A DNA stretch of 56,541 nucleotides from Promethearchaeota archaeon (lineage in GTDB: Archaea > Asgardarchaeota > Lokiarchaeia > Sigyniarchaeales > SOKP01): the NCBI GenBank assembly GCA_019058245.1, contig JAHPZJ010000031.1, positions 1-56,541 on the forward strand, written 5' to 3'. The translations under genes and the position numbers were made by a program. Shown piece by piece: positions 16,656 through 27,181 of the stretch; within the stretch, counting starts at the first letter, position 1; the number at the start of each line of letters is the position of its first letter. The notes beneath the pieces are model-generated. The model saw only the letters and a program-made list of their open reading frames with translations, did no database searches and had not been told where the DNA came from.

Positions 16656-17213
16656 ATGATTAAAGAAGAAGAATCTAAAGATCTACGAGAATTTGTATTT
16701 AAAATAGTAATTATTGGAGATGCCGCAGTAGGTAAAACTTCTTTAATAAATCAATTTGCAGAAAATTCCTTTAGTGAAGATTATAAACCTACACTCGGAG
16801 CTAATATAGTCAGAAAGGATGTAAATCTGAATAATACAAAAGTAAGACTGATAATGTGGGACCTCGCAGGACAAGAAAAGTATCGCGTAGTTCGGAGTAT
16901 GTACTTTCAGGGATGTGAAGGAGCACTTCTTGTTTATGATGTTACACGTTACCATACCTTGGAGAACATAAACAATAAATGGCTACGAGATTATAAAAAA
17001 CATGTAAAAAAGATGGGAGCTTTTATCTTAATTGGAAACAAAACCGATCTAAAAAACCAGGTAGCTGTCCCAACAGAAAAAGGAGAGGAATTAGCAAAAA
17101 AAATAAAAGCTAGTCATTTTATAGAAACGTCAGCAAAACTAGGTGAAAATATTGAAATGGCATTTTCCCTTTTAGTGAATCAAATATTGAGCAATAATGG
17201 CGTAATTATTTAA
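16656..17213 (+). CDS. Rab/Ras-like small GTPase
   Basis: GDAAVGKT, WDLAGQE, NKTD, ETSAK. Confidence 0.95.
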   Translation: MIKEEESKDLREFVFKIVIIGDAAVGKTSLINQFAENSFSEDYKPTLGANIVRKDVNLNNTKVRLIMWDLAGQEKYRVVRSMYFQGCEGALLVYDVTRYHTLENINNKWLRDYKKHVKKMGAFILIGNKTDLKNQVAVPTEKGEELAKKIKASHFIETSAKLGENIEMAFSLLVNQILSNNGVII

Positions 17214-17301
17214 AAGATTTCAAAGGTTTGAAAAAAACCTTTTTTAATGAAGTATATTAACGATATAAATATTAAATATTTTAAGGCAAAGATAATTAAA
17301 A

Positions 17302-18453
17302 ATGAAAGAAAAATCTCATGTAGTATCTAAAGCTCCAAAATCTACTATTAGGGAACTATTTGATCTTGCCTCAGGGCGTTCAGATGTTATCAGTCTAGGA
17401 ATTGGACAACCTGATTTCATCACCCCAGAACCAGCAATACTGGGAAATATTGAAGCATTAAAAAATAAAATTACAACATATGCTCCTACTAGGGGCGTTC
17501 CAGAATTATTAGAATTGCTGGAAAAAAAAGTTTATAGGATAAATAATATTAAAGCCAATTGGAAAGATAATATAATAGTGACAAATGGAGGTAGTCAAGC
17601 AATTACTTTAGCATTTGCCTCTATTTTTAATCCTGGTGATGAGTTGATAATTTCTTCACCGAATTTTATATCTTATTTCTATTGTGCTTTATTTTTTGGT
17701 GCTAAACTAATAGAAATAGAGAGAAATAAAGATTTTAGTCTTAATATTAAAGGAATACGAGATGCAATTACGCCCAAAACTAAGGCGATTCTCATTAATT
17801 CCCCGAATAATCCAACTGGTTATGCCTTAGCATCATCAGAATTGAAAAAGATTGTTGAGATCATCATTGAAAATGATTTATATTTAATTTCAGATGAAGT
17901 ATATGAAAATTATATCTATGATGGATTAAATCATATAAGTCCCGCTTCTCTAAAAGATATGTTTGAAAGAACTATTACTTTAAATGCAATGTCAAAATTA
18001 TTTTCAGCTACAGGATTTAGAATTGGGTATGTTATCGCATCAAAAGAAATTATAAATTTAATGGAAAAATATCACCAATATACAGTAGCGGGAACGAATC
18101 ACGCTGCTCAATATGGATTTATAGAAGCATTAAAAATGGATACTAATTTTTTTAAAGAAATATTGAATAGTTTTGATGAAAGACGAAATTTAGTTTGTAA
18201 TAGACTAAAAGAGATCGGTTTTGACCTTATAAAACCACGTGGAGCTTTTTATGTAATGCCCTCCACAAAGAATTTTTTGCTAAATGGGAAAGAATTTTCC
18301 CAAAGACTTATGAAAGAGCAAGCGGTGGCAGTTGTTGCTGGTAGTACTTTTGGTTCCTTTTCTGACTATATGATAAGGATATCCTATGCAACTGAAATAG
18401 AAAAACTTAAGGAAGCGATGAATAGAATTGAGAAATTTGTTCAAAATTTGTAA
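17302..18453 (+). CDS. Class I/II PLP-dependent aminotransferase (aspartate aminotransferase-like)
   Basis: LGIGQPDF, NSPNNPTG, SDEVY, SKLFSATGFRIG, GAFY. Confidence 0.92.
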   Translation: MKEKSHVVSKAPKSTIRELFDLASGRSDVISLGIGQPDFITPEPAILGNIEALKNKITTYAPTRGVPELLELLEKKVYRINNIKANWKDNIIVTNGGSQAITLAFASIFNPGDELIISSPNFISYFYCALFFGAKLIEIERNKDFSLNIKGIRDAITPKTKAILINSPNNPTGYALASSELKKIVEIIIENDLYLISDEVYENYIYDGLNHISPASLKDMFERTITLNAMSKLFSATGFRIGYVIASKEIINLMEKYHQYTVAGTNHAAQYGFIEALKMDTNFFKEILNSFDERRNLVCNRLKEIGFDLIKPRGAFYVMPSTKNFLLNGKEFSQRLMKEQAVAVVAGSTFGSFSDYMIRISYATEIEKLKEAMNRIEKFVQNL

Positions 18454-18583
18454 TTCTTATTTTTAGAGATATCTTTAACAAATATTAAACTTATAGATAG
18501 TAAAAAGAGATTTTCTTTATAATTCATTATTTTAAACCCAATAATTTAGATAAAAATATAGAGAATTCTCATAAAAAACTTAG

Positions 18584-20869
18584 CTACCGATATAAATCCG
18601 TCTGAGATTCTTTTATATTTCTGGATTCAGTTATTTGCTTAGCCATGTTTTCATACTTTTCTATAATTTCTCTGGGTAAGGTAGACTTTATTTTATTCAA
18701 TGCAAACTCAAAATGTTTATTTTCAATGGTTTTTAGTTCTTCCATCTTTTCTCTAATTGCCTGCATTCCTGCTTCACGGCACACATTTTCTAAATCTGCA
18801 CCACTATATCCTTCGGTACTTTGAGCAATTCTTTTTAAAGAAACACTTTCATCTAATGGCATGAGTTTTGTATGCACTTCCAATATCTTTAATCTAGCTT
18901 CATAATCAGGTGCTTCAACAAAAATTAGTCTATCAAACCTACCTGGTCTTAAAAAAGCAGAATCAACAATATCGGGACGATTTGTACTTGCTATTATCAC
19001 AATTCCTTTCCGATTTTCAATTCCATCCATTTCAACTAATATTTGATTCACAATTGAGGCAAAAGTGTGCGTTCCTTCATAATTGCCTCTTCCTGAAGAA
19101 ATAGCATCTATCTCATCGAAATATAATATAGAAGGTGCTGCTTGTCGAGCTTTTCTAAATATATCTCTAACCGCCCGTTCACTTTCACCAACCCATTTAG
19201 AATAGATTTCTGGTCCTTTGATTGCTATAAAATTTGATTGACTCTCATTTGCGATTGCTTTAGCTAATAGGGTTTTTCCACATCCTGGCGGACCAAATAG
19301 AAGAATCCCATTAAGTGGTCGTATTCCTGCCTTTTCAAAGAGCTTAGGATGGTCTAATGGCCATTCCACAGCTTCTATTAATTCTTGTTTAATTTCTTCT
19401 AAACCTCCTATATCATCCCATCCAGCATCTGGAATTTCAACCATTACTTCTCGCATTGCTGAAGGTTCAATTAAATTTATTGCTTTAGTAAAATCTCCAT
19501 CCTCTATTTTTAATTCTTGGATGATCTCACTTGGAATAGGTTCATCTAAATTAATTTTTGGTAATATTCTTCTTAATGAAAACATTGCAGCTTCTCTACT
19601 AACTGCCATAATATCGGCACCCACAAATCCATGAGTTATTTCCGCATATCTATCGAGGTTAACATTATCCTCAATTGGCATTCCTCTAGTATGTATTTGA
19701 AAGATTTCTTTTCTACCTTTATTATTAGGCACACCAAATTCAATTTCTCTATCAAATCTTCCTGGTCTTCTTAATGCTTCATCAATAGTATTAATTCTAT
19801 TTGTAGCACCAACACAAATAATTTCTCCTCGACCACGTAAACCATCCATTAATGACAATAACTGAGAAACTACACGTCTTTCAACTTCTCCTGATGTATC
19901 AACCCTTTTTGGAGCTATAGAATCAATTTCATCAATAAATATTATAGAAGGAGCATTTTCTTCAGCTTCTCTAAAAATATCGCGAAGTCTTCCTTCACTG
20001 GCTCCATAAAACTTACTCATTATTTCAGGACCATTAATCGTTATAAAATTAGCATTTGATTCTTGAGAAACGGCTTTTGCCATAAGTGTTTTACCAGTCC
20101 CTGAAGGGCCATAAAATAATACTCCCTTTGGAGGATCTATATTTAATCTATGGAATAATTCAGGATGTTTTAAAGGTAACTCAACCATCTCTCTAATTCT
20201 CTGAATTTCATCTGTCAAACCTCCAACATCATCATATGTTACAACTCCACCAGAAACATTTAGAACAGCAACCCTTTTATTAACTTTTATTATAGTATCT
20301 CTCGTTATTTTTACAACTTTATCTCTAGGTCTTAGATTCTCAACGATCAACCGTAATGTTCCTAAAGTTGGTCTTCTTTTTCCTCCCATCTGAAACATTT
20401 TCATAATGTCAGACATAGGATTTTCTGAATCTTCCTTCTGGACAAATGTACCTAAAACATCTACAATGTCTCCTATTACTACGGGTTTATCAATCAATTT
20501 TCCCTTTATTGCCTCTGCTTGCCTCTTTAAATCAATATTGGGGCGTGTTGGAGTTAAAACAATTTCAATTGCAGGATATACTTCAGCAAGTTGAATTGTT
20601 ATAAATTCTCCTATTGTTGCACCTACATTAAGCCGTTGAAGTCCATCTAATCTAATAATTCCTTTTCCTCTATCTTGAACAGAAGAAACGGCAATACCAG
20701 TCGTCTTTTTTTTACCCCTAATCTCAATAATATCACCCGTATTTAATTTTAGTTCGAACATTACATCTTGATCAATATAACAAAGAGAACGTCCACTTCT
20801 GCTTTTTTCTAATCTCTCTATTCTGAGTTTAACTATTTTAATCGGAATTTTTTCTTGCGACATTTTCAA
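18584..20869 (-). CDS. cdc48: CDC48/VCP AAA+ ATPase
   Basis: N-domain plus two AAA modules ([16 protein letters not shown]; RPGRFDR twice). Confidence 0.95.
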   Translation of the reverse strand: MKMSQEKIPIKIVKLRIERLEKSRSGRSLCYIDQDVMFELKLNTGDIIEIRGKKKTTGIAVSSVQDRGKGIIRLDGLQRLNVGATIGEFITIQLAEVYPAIEIVLTPTRPNIDLKRQAEAIKGKLIDKPVVIGDIVDVLGTFVQKEDSENPMSDIMKMFQMGGKRRPTLGTLRLIVENLRPRDKVVKITRDTIIKVNKRVAVLNVSGGVVTYDDVGGLTDEIQRIREMVELPLKHPELFHRLNIDPPKGVLFYGPSGTGKTLMAKAVSQESNANFITINGPEIMSKFYGASEGRLRDIFREAEENAPSIIFIDEIDSIAPKRVDTSGEVERRVVSQLLSLMDGLRGRGEIICVGATNRINTIDEALRRPGRFDREIEFGVPNNKGRKEIFQIHTRGMPIEDNVNLDRYAEITHGFVGADIMAVSREAAMFSLRRILPKINLDEPIPSEIIQELKIEDGDFTKAINLIEPSAMREVMVEIPDAGWDDIGGLEEIKQELIEAVEWPLDHPKLFEKAGIRPLNGILLFGPPGCGKTLLAKAIANESQSNFIAIKGPEIYSKWVGESERAVRDIFRKARQAAPSILYFDEIDAISSGRGNYEGTHTFASIVNQILVEMDGIENRKGIVIIASTNRPDIVDSAFLRPGRFDRLIFVEAPDYEARLKILEVHTKLMPLDESVSLKRIAQSTEGYSGADLENVCREAGMQAIREKMEELKTIENKHFEFALNKIKSTLPREIIEKYENMAKQITESRNIKESQTDLYR

Positions 20870-20977
20870 TAAACGAATTACTTATCAAATTTTCAAAAAT
20901 AAAATAATCTAAATACAAATTAAAAAAGTAATAATGTTTTATTTTCTTTTTCTTTAATTTTTATAATAATGAAAATA

Positions 20978-21787
20978 TCAGGATTTTTCTGAGATTTTTA
21001 AGCTTAAATTTTTTTCTAAAAAATTTTTAAATTTTTTTAAAATCTCTGATTCTCTAAGTGCTTTATTTTTATTTTCTTTTACATAATCTTTTCTTAATTT
21101 GATAATCTTCTTTTTTAAAGGTATATATGTCGAATCACGCAAGAGAGTATTCACATATAATCTTGTAATTCTGTCTAGACTTTCATTATTTATATTTGAT
21201 ACAATATTATTTATCTCTACTTTTTTTGGTTTAGAGATAATAAAATCTCTTTTTTCTTGAATTTTAGTTAAAGTATCCTTAATTATCTGGTTTAAATCTG
21301 TAATATGTGAAAGATCATACATGACGTCTGGTATATCCCATTTATATTTATAAAATTTATCAAATCTTTCATTGATTTTATAAATAACTGTGTTTGGAAT
21401 TGGCTCACCTCTTTTTTCATTCCATTTTAAGCATATTTCAATAGGAGTTGATATATAAATAATAAAAAGAAATAGATTAAGACTTTCAGCAACATCTTTT
21501 AATTCATGCCGCATACTAGTATAATAGTTTAAATCATCACTAATTACAATATTCCCTTTTTTTAATTCATTCCATATTACTCTTAGATTTTCATTCCTTA
21601 TGATTTGTTCTTTCTCGTGATCAAATTTATCTGGAGTCAGACTATACCTTATTATGTCTGGATCAATAATTTTAATATTCAAATTTTCAAATTTTTTTTC
21701 AAGGGCTATTTTTAATTTATTAGCAAAATTACTTTTTCCTGACGCTGGTAATCCTACCAAGCAAATTAAAAAATTTTGGTTAGCCAA
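20978..21787 (-). CDS. pstK: L-seryl-tRNA(Sec) kinase-like (PSTK/Kti12 family)
   Basis: LVGLPASGKS, DDLNYYTSMR, WNxxR, KWD and a helical C-terminal domain. Confidence 0.7.
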   Translation of the reverse strand: MANQNFLICLVGLPASGKSNFANKLKIALEKKFENLNIKIIDPDIIRYSLTPDKFDHEKEQIIRNENLRVIWNELKKGNIVISDDLNYYTSMRHELKDVAESLNLFLFIIYISTPIEICLKWNEKRGEPIPNTVIYKINERFDKFYKYKWDIPDVMYDLSHITDLNQIIKDTLTKIQEKRDFIISKPKKVEINNIVSNINNESLDRITRLYVNTLLRDSTYIPLKKKIIKLRKDYVKENKNKALRESEILKKFKNFLEKNLSLKISEKS

Positions 21788-21799
21788 TAATCAAATCAA

Positions 21800-22075
21800 C
21801 TAATTTATGTCAATAATTATGCTTTTTATTAATTCTTCCTTTTGTTGTCTTGAAAATGATTTTATCTCTAATTCTCTTCTCATTGCTTCACTTCTATTTT
21901 GATAAGATTCAAAATATTTTAATTCGATATGTTTTTTACCTCGACAAAATTTAGCCCCTGTTCCATTCCTATGTTCATGCCATCTTCTATAGAGATTATT
22001 CGTATATCCAGTATAATACATCATTTTTCCATTTTTATCAACAACCTCTAAAATGTATACATAATAAACAACCAT
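21800..22075 (-). CDS. GIY-YIG nuclease (UPF0213-like)
   Basis: YVYIL...YTGYT...RR..EH..GTGAKF...EA.RRE..IK. Confidence 0.9.
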   Translation of the reverse strand: MVVYYVYILEVVDKNGKMMYYTGYTNNLYRRWHEHRNGTGAKFCRGKKHIELKYFESYQNRSEAMRRELEIKSFSRQQKEELIKSIIIDIN

Positions 22076-22279
22076 ATCGAATCCTCTAATTGATCTATCA
22101 ATATTGTTCTATATATTTTTTTAGTTCATTTCTGTAAATATCGTTAAAATTTACCTACTTGCGGTCAAATATATATATAACGATATCATATTTGATTAAT
22201 TAAGTAATTATGAATTAAATTTTTAATAATAAACTATAATTTAATATTAACATTCAAACAAGATACAATACTCGATACA

Positions 22280-22912
22280 ATGCCAAATGGGATTTTTTTA
22301 ATTCAATGGGATGAAGTTGAAGGGGGTATTGTTTATTTAAAATATCCCGAAAATTTAGAGATCCCCACTCCCGTGGTGCAACAAATTACAATATCACATA
22401 ATTTTACAGAATCTTACATAATTACTGAAGAAAAAGATTGGAACTCAGTCTCTTATTATAATGAAAATAAAGAAATTATAGTTGTTTTAGTCTTAAGTAG
22501 GTATGATGATGGTAATGATTATTTAGAAATCCTTGAAAAATTTAATGATGAAATCGATAAATTATCTGAACAAAAACTGAAAGAAAATTTGGAAACTATG
22601 TTTCATATTAGTCTAGATGCCTTCCGTACAACTGATGAGGTGATAACCAAACTAAGCAATGAAGTAGCTTATCTAAAAACAAGAGAATATGATTTCGAAG
22701 TAAAATTTGATTTCATAACAAAATCAAATCACTTATCAGTAAAAAGTAAAATTTTGTTCTTATTAGCAATAAACGAATCAGCCACTATTGAAGACTTTGA
22801 AAAAGTGATAAAGACAAGTAAACGATGGCTATCTAACGTACTTGAAACTCTTGTAAAAAATCAAGTTGTCGGATATGATCCCAACAAAAATACTTACTTC
22901 TTAAAAGTATGA
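22280..22912 (+). CDS. uDENN/longin-like domain fused to a C-terminal winged helix
   Basis: N-terminal GIFLIQWDEVEGGIVYLKYP (uDENN-type); C-terminal KILFLL...SKRWLSNVLETLVK..V wHTH-like region. Confidence 0.55.
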   Translation: MPNGIFLIQWDEVEGGIVYLKYPENLEIPTPVVQQITISHNFTESYIITEEKDWNSVSYYNENKEIIVVLVLSRYDDGNDYLEILEKFNDEIDKLSEQKLKENLETMFHISLDAFRTTDEVITKLSNEVAYLKTREYDFEVKFDFITKSNHLSVKSKILFLLAINESATIEDFEKVIKTSKRWLSNVLETLVKNQVVGYDPNKNTYFLKV

Positions 22913-23193
22913 AAACCGTAAGGATAAAAATTAATGTATATGGATATGTTCAAGGTGTATTTTTTCGTTACACAACCCGAAAAGTTGCTAGGAGACTGGG
23001 TTTGACTGGATATGTTAAAAATATGCCAGATGGGACTGTATATATTGAAGCTGAAGGGCCTGAAGATAAATTACTTGAACTATTGAAATTTTCAAAAAAA
23101 GGACCTAAGCATGCTCAAGTAGATAAGGTTGAGTATACATACACTAAACCGACAAATGAATTTAAAGGATTTGATTACTCATTTGAATATTAA
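22909..23193 (+). CDS. acyP: Acylphosphatase
   Basis: GYVQGVFFR, GYVKN..DG.V, GP..A.V. Confidence 0.95.
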   Translation: MKTVRIKINVYGYVQGVFFRYTTRKVARRLGLTGYVKNMPDGTVYIEAEGPEDKLLELLKFSKKGPKHAQVDKVEYTYTKPTNEFKGFDYSFEY

Positions 23194-23248
23194 ATATAAT
23201 ACCTCCATAACACTCTCTTTGAAAAATGATTGATTAAATTCTATATTT

Positions 23249-23587
23249 ATGTCGGTTTATTTAAAACGAAATAACTATTTAAAAATATTCCAGGCACTAA
23301 ATCATAATAAGATTAGATTTCAAACACCATTAATAATCAAAATGTTTGGAATATTAAATCATGTTAATATGCGAAATGAAAATCGATATATCTTATGCAA
23401 TTTCCTTGACCAAAATAGTGATCAGATTGGTTTAAATGAGGATATCTATGAAATTAATAATAATATATCCCTTAATCAGTTATTTCTGTTGGCATTTAAC
23501 AAAGCTAAAGAATTTAACTTATTAAATGCGTTATATAATGAATATCTTAATTCTATCGATGCAATTAGAGAGAAGAAATCATTTTAG
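23249..23587 (+). CDS. Hypothetical protein
   Basis: 112-aa ATG ORF co-oriented with upstream genes. Confidence 0.55.
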   Translation: MSVYLKRNNYLKIFQALNHNKIRFQTPLIIKMFGILNHVNMRNENRYILCNFLDQNSDQIGLNEDIYEINNNISLNQLFLLAFNKAKEFNLLNALYNEYLNSIDAIREKKSF

Positions 23588-23655
23588 CACTCTTTTTAAG
23601 ATCAATTTCTGAGAGTTTTCTTTAATTGAAAAAGAATAAAAATTTAGAAAAATAA

Positions 23656-24309
23656 TTATATAAAGGTTATATCTTGGTATTCTGAATCTCCAATATCCGA
23701 TTTTGCTACGCCCAATTCCCTAACTTGTTGGTTTAATTTTAAAACTGCATCTCTTACAATTTCTTTTTGTTTTGCTCCCGTACATACTATACGTCCTGTA
23801 CTGAATATCAAAAAAACTGTTTTAGGATCTTGCATTCTATAAATTAATCCTGGAAATACTTCAGGCTCATACATAGCATATTCCATTACGATAGCAGCCA
23901 TGTTTAAGTCAATATTAGTATGTAAATCCCCTGAAGCTACAATATTTTGAATTGTAATTTCAGGATTTGAGAGTTTTATTCCTGCCTTTCTGATATTTTT
24001 GACGACCTTATCGACAACTCGTTCTGCTTCCGATGCTTGTCTAAGACCCGTCACTACCATTTTTCCAGTCGAAAATATTAGTATTGTAGCGCGTGGTTTT
24101 TCAATACGCATTACAAGTCCAGGAAAACGTTCAGGATTATATTCTACTTCCTCATGGCGTCTTGCTATCTGGTTTAAATCAATTTTTTCTGTAATTTCAA
24201 CGGTAACAGTGGCTACTACATTTTCAATTTTATAATCTAAATCTGTTTCATAGTCGTATTCTTCTTCTTGATCTTCATCTAATTCATCATCAAATTCTTC
24301 GTCTGACAT
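23656..24309 (-). CDS. tbp: TATA-box binding protein
   Basis: Two TBP repeats (IENVVA...YNPERFPGL...IFSTGK; IQNIVA...YEPEVFPGL...IFSTGR). Confidence 0.97.
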   Translation of the reverse strand: MSDEEFDDELDEDQEEEYDYETDLDYKIENVVATVTVEITEKIDLNQIARRHEEVEYNPERFPGLVMRIEKPRATILIFSTGKMVVTGLRQASEAERVVDKVVKNIRKAGIKLSNPEITIQNIVASGDLHTNIDLNMAAIVMEYAMYEPEVFPGLIYRMQDPKTVFLIFSTGRIVCTGAKQKEIVRDAVLKLNQQVRELGVAKSDIGDSEYQDITFI

Positions 24310-24532
24310 GATTATAGTTAGTGATAATTATGATTTGAAATCTGAAAAATAAAAATATTCTTTATAACTACGTTTTTTTGTTAATTTTATTTAAATAAAT
24401 CTTCCTTTATAAAGGTGGTACATTTAAAAAAGGTTAGTGCTGAAAGCACAAAATTTTGATAGTTATCAAAAAAATTTTAATATGTATTATTAGTAAAAAT
24501 TGATAAATGAAAAGAATTGACTTAAGATTTTT

Positions 24533-25063
24533 TTAAGGATAATTTGAAATTTGATCTAAAATTCTTTTCGATAATTCTATAAATGCTTCTTCGACATTTT
24601 GACCCGTTTTAGCAGAAGTAATAATAATTCCTAAATTATTTTCATCAGCATATGCCATTGCTTGATCCTCAGTTATCTTAATTTGGTTTGTTAAATCAGA
24701 TTTATTTCCTATTAATATTATAGGAGCTGCATCTCTAGCTTCTCTAAAATCTTTTATCCAATCATTAAGTTTCTCATATGTCTTAATATTAGTCACGTCA
24801 TAGACTAATAACGCTCCATTTGCTCCTTCTAAATATAATTTCCTAAGAGATTTAAAGGATTCTTGACCCCCAAGGTCCCAAATTTGAGCAGAAACATCAC
24901 CATATTGCTCGATATTCATATCCTTCTTTAAAAGATTGACACCGAGAGTACTTTTATAATTTTCTCTAAATTTATTTTCTATAAATCTATAAACAAGTGA
25001 TGTCTTTCCCACATTGGCTTCTCCTAATAATGTTATCTTAATAATATATTTAGCTTCAGTCAT
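24533..25063 (-). CDS. Rab/Ras-like small GTPase
   Basis: GEANVGKT, WDLGGQE, NKSD, TSAK. Confidence 0.95.
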   Translation of the reverse strand: MTEAKYIIKITLLGEANVGKTSLVYRFIENKFRENYKSTLGVNLLKKDMNIEQYGDVSAQIWDLGGQESFKSLRKLYLEGANGALLVYDVTNIKTYEKLNDWIKDFREARDAAPIILIGNKSDLTNQIKITEDQAMAYADENNLGIIITSAKTGQNVEEAFIELSKRILDQISNYP

Positions 25064-25221
25064 AAATTATAACCTAATAAAAAACTTGTATATTTATTGT
25101 ATATTCAAAGTATAATTTGCACTTATTAATAATTTTCTAATACAACATTAAAATTGATAATCAACTTTGTGTATAATAATACTCTTCAAAAAAAGGAATT
25201 GTAAAACATTATTATGGAAAA

Positions 25222-25704
25222 TTAATCTTTCTGGAACACTATCATAAATTCACAATAATTCTCACCAGTTTGTAGACTACATCCAAGCTCTTGAGCAAAA
25301 CAATGTCGATCACTTAATTTTTCTACGACCCCTGCTAATATTCCCGCTTCAAACGAGCAAAAACTTCCTGACGATTTAATTCCTTTTTTAATTAAATCTT
25401 TTATAGATGAATGGTCCCTTAATTTTAATTGCACTATTTCTTCAGAACTTTCAGTAATCTCAACTGAACCTATATTGAATTCAGTAATAATTCGTTCTAA
25501 TTCTTCTGGAACTTGAGATACATCCTTAACTGCTTTAATTTTTAATGTACTTCCCAATTCATGTCCTAAATAATAAAAAATAGCTTCAAGTTGGTGTCCT
25601 AATGCTAGTAAAGCACCTACTTTCATATCTCCAATATCTTTACCTTCTTTTAGATTTTTTCTCATCTGGGCAAGAATTTTTGATAATAATTGCCTATCCA
25701 TCAA
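25222..25704 (-). CDS. V4R domain protein
   Basis: YYLGHELG, FCSFEAGILAG, ELGC...GENYCEF. Confidence 0.85.
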   Translation of the reverse strand: MMDRQLLSKILAQMRKNLKEGKDIGDMKVGALLALGHQLEAIFYYLGHELGSTLKIKAVKDVSQVPEELERIITEFNIGSVEITESSEEIVQLKLRDHSSIKDLIKKGIKSSGSFCSFEAGILAGVVEKLSDRHCFAQELGCSLQTGENYCEFMIVFQKD

Positions 25705-25736
25705 ATTTCACTCTTTTTTGTTTTTTTTTTTCATTT

Positions 25737-26036
25737 TTATATTTTAACTGAAGATATAAATGCATAGAGAACCGCATCTATAATCTCCTCTTCTTGGATG
25801 TTGACTGATAATCTCCTATCTGCTATAATTAAAGTGGGTACTGAAGTTATACGATACTCTTGAGTCAACTTTCTATTATCCTCCAATTCAATTGATATTT
25901 TTTCAATTCTTAATTTTTTTCCAAACAAAGAAATATTGATTTTTTTTAACATTTCTTCAACTGGTTTACATGGTGCACAATGATTTGAAGAGAAAAATAA
26001 GATTCTCGGATATCCTTGATTGATATCATCATACAT
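25737..26036 (-). CDS. Thioredoxin-fold protein
   Basis: FFSSNHCAPC (CxxC) and the cis-Pro motif SVPTL. Confidence 0.85.
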   Translation of the reverse strand: MYDDINQGYPRILFFSSNHCAPCKPVEEMLKKINISLFGKKLRIEKISIELEDNRKLTQEYRITSVPTLIIADRRLSVNIQEEEIIDAVLYAFISSVKI

Positions 26037-26039
26037 TTT

Positions 26040-26579
26040 CTAATCTTCTTTATATTTATTATATAACTCTTTAATTATTGCCTGAAATGCTTCAAAAACG
26101 CCTTGTCCGGTTTTAGCAGAAGTTTTATAATACCCCATAAAATTCCTCTCTTCTACAATTTTCTTTATTTTTTTATCATCTAAATCTTTTTCATCAATTA
26201 AGTCGGTCTTATTTCCAAATAAAACAATAGGGAGATCTCCAGTATACTTTTTAATGTCTTCATGCCAATCTATAATATTATTAAAACTATCCTTATCCGT
26301 ATGTGAAAAGACTATAATTGCCGCCTTACTACCCTTATAAAACGTTGGGCGCATAAAATTAAATTCATCTTGTCCTGCAATATCCCAAAAAAATAATTTA
26401 CAATTATCACCATCTATTTCTTCGTCATATTTCGAAAATTGGGCACCTAGAGTCTTAATATAGTCCTTTTGAAAACTACCCTGCGTATATTTCTTAATTA
26501 AGGATGTTTTTCCAACAGCTCCATTACCAATGACAGTTATTTTAAATACGAATCCTTTAGCAGTCTCATTTTTTCCCAT
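26040..26579 (-). CDS. Rab/Ras-like small GTPase
   Basis: GNGAVGKT, WDIAGQD, NKTD, TSAK. Confidence 0.95.
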   Translation of the reverse strand: MGKNETAKGFVFKITVIGNGAVGKTSLIKKYTQGSFQKDYIKTLGAQFSKYDEEIDGDNCKLFFWDIAGQDEFNFMRPTFYKGSKAAIIVFSHTDKDSFNNIIDWHEDIKKYTGDLPIVLFGNKTDLIDEKDLDDKKIKKIVEERNFMGYYKTSAKTGQGVFEAFQAIIKELYNKYKED

Positions 26580-26718
26580 TTAAATCACTCTGTTTATATT
26601 ATTTGTTCTATTCTCTTTGTAATGTATTATTTATAAAAAGTATACAATTTATTATTTTATTTAATTTTAATTGTTATTAATTTATATAAATAATAACAAC
26701 TCATTTTAAATATTTACT

Positions 26719-27174
26719 TTGAGAGTCATGGTTCAAGACCCCAACGATATGATGTTTTGTAATCAATGTAAAATGAATGTTTTCCCTTCAAGACCTAAAT
26801 TTAATATCATAATATATGTTATTTTTATTATAATATTGTTGTTTATATTTACTGCAATAACAATAATATCTTTATCAATTTTTTCAGAACTTTTTCTTTT
26901 TATATATTTTATGTGGGGTTTTATGATAATCAATCCATATCTTATCTATTTTGGATTACAGAAGAAGGATAGTTGTCCAAGATGTTATAAAAAAACCTGT
27001 GAAAAAAATTTAGAATATAAACCTTTTGGAGAAAAAGAACCAGAAATTTATAGAGAGTTAACGCCTTCCAAGAAAGCTATAAAAATTTTCTATTGTCCTT
27101 ATTGTGGGCATTCTTTAAATAAAGAAGCACTATTTTGTGAATCATGTGGGAAAAAATTGGAATTATTTAGTTGA
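26719..27174 (+). CDS. Membrane protein with split zinc knuckles (LITAF-like) and C-terminal zinc ribbon
   Basis: CNQC - hydrophobic segment - CPRC, then CPYCG...CESCG. Confidence 0.65.
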   Translation: MRVMVQDPNDMMFCNQCKMNVFPSRPKFNIIIYVIFIIILLFIFTAITIISLSIFSELFLFIYFMWGFMIINPYLIYFGLQKKDSCPRCYKKTCEKNLEYKPFGEKEPEIYRELTPSKKAIKIFYCPYCGHSLNKEALFCESCGKKLELFS

Positions 27175-27181
27175 TAAAAAT

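Noticed and set aside
21800-22075. GIY-YIG gene as a homing endonuclease or mobile element
   Set aside because: Short stand-alone UPF0213-type protein; no intron, intein or element ends.
27137-27181. ORF-track GTG start for the CinA/PncC gene
   Set aside because: Overlaps the upstream gene; ATG at 27182 gives a normal-length domain.
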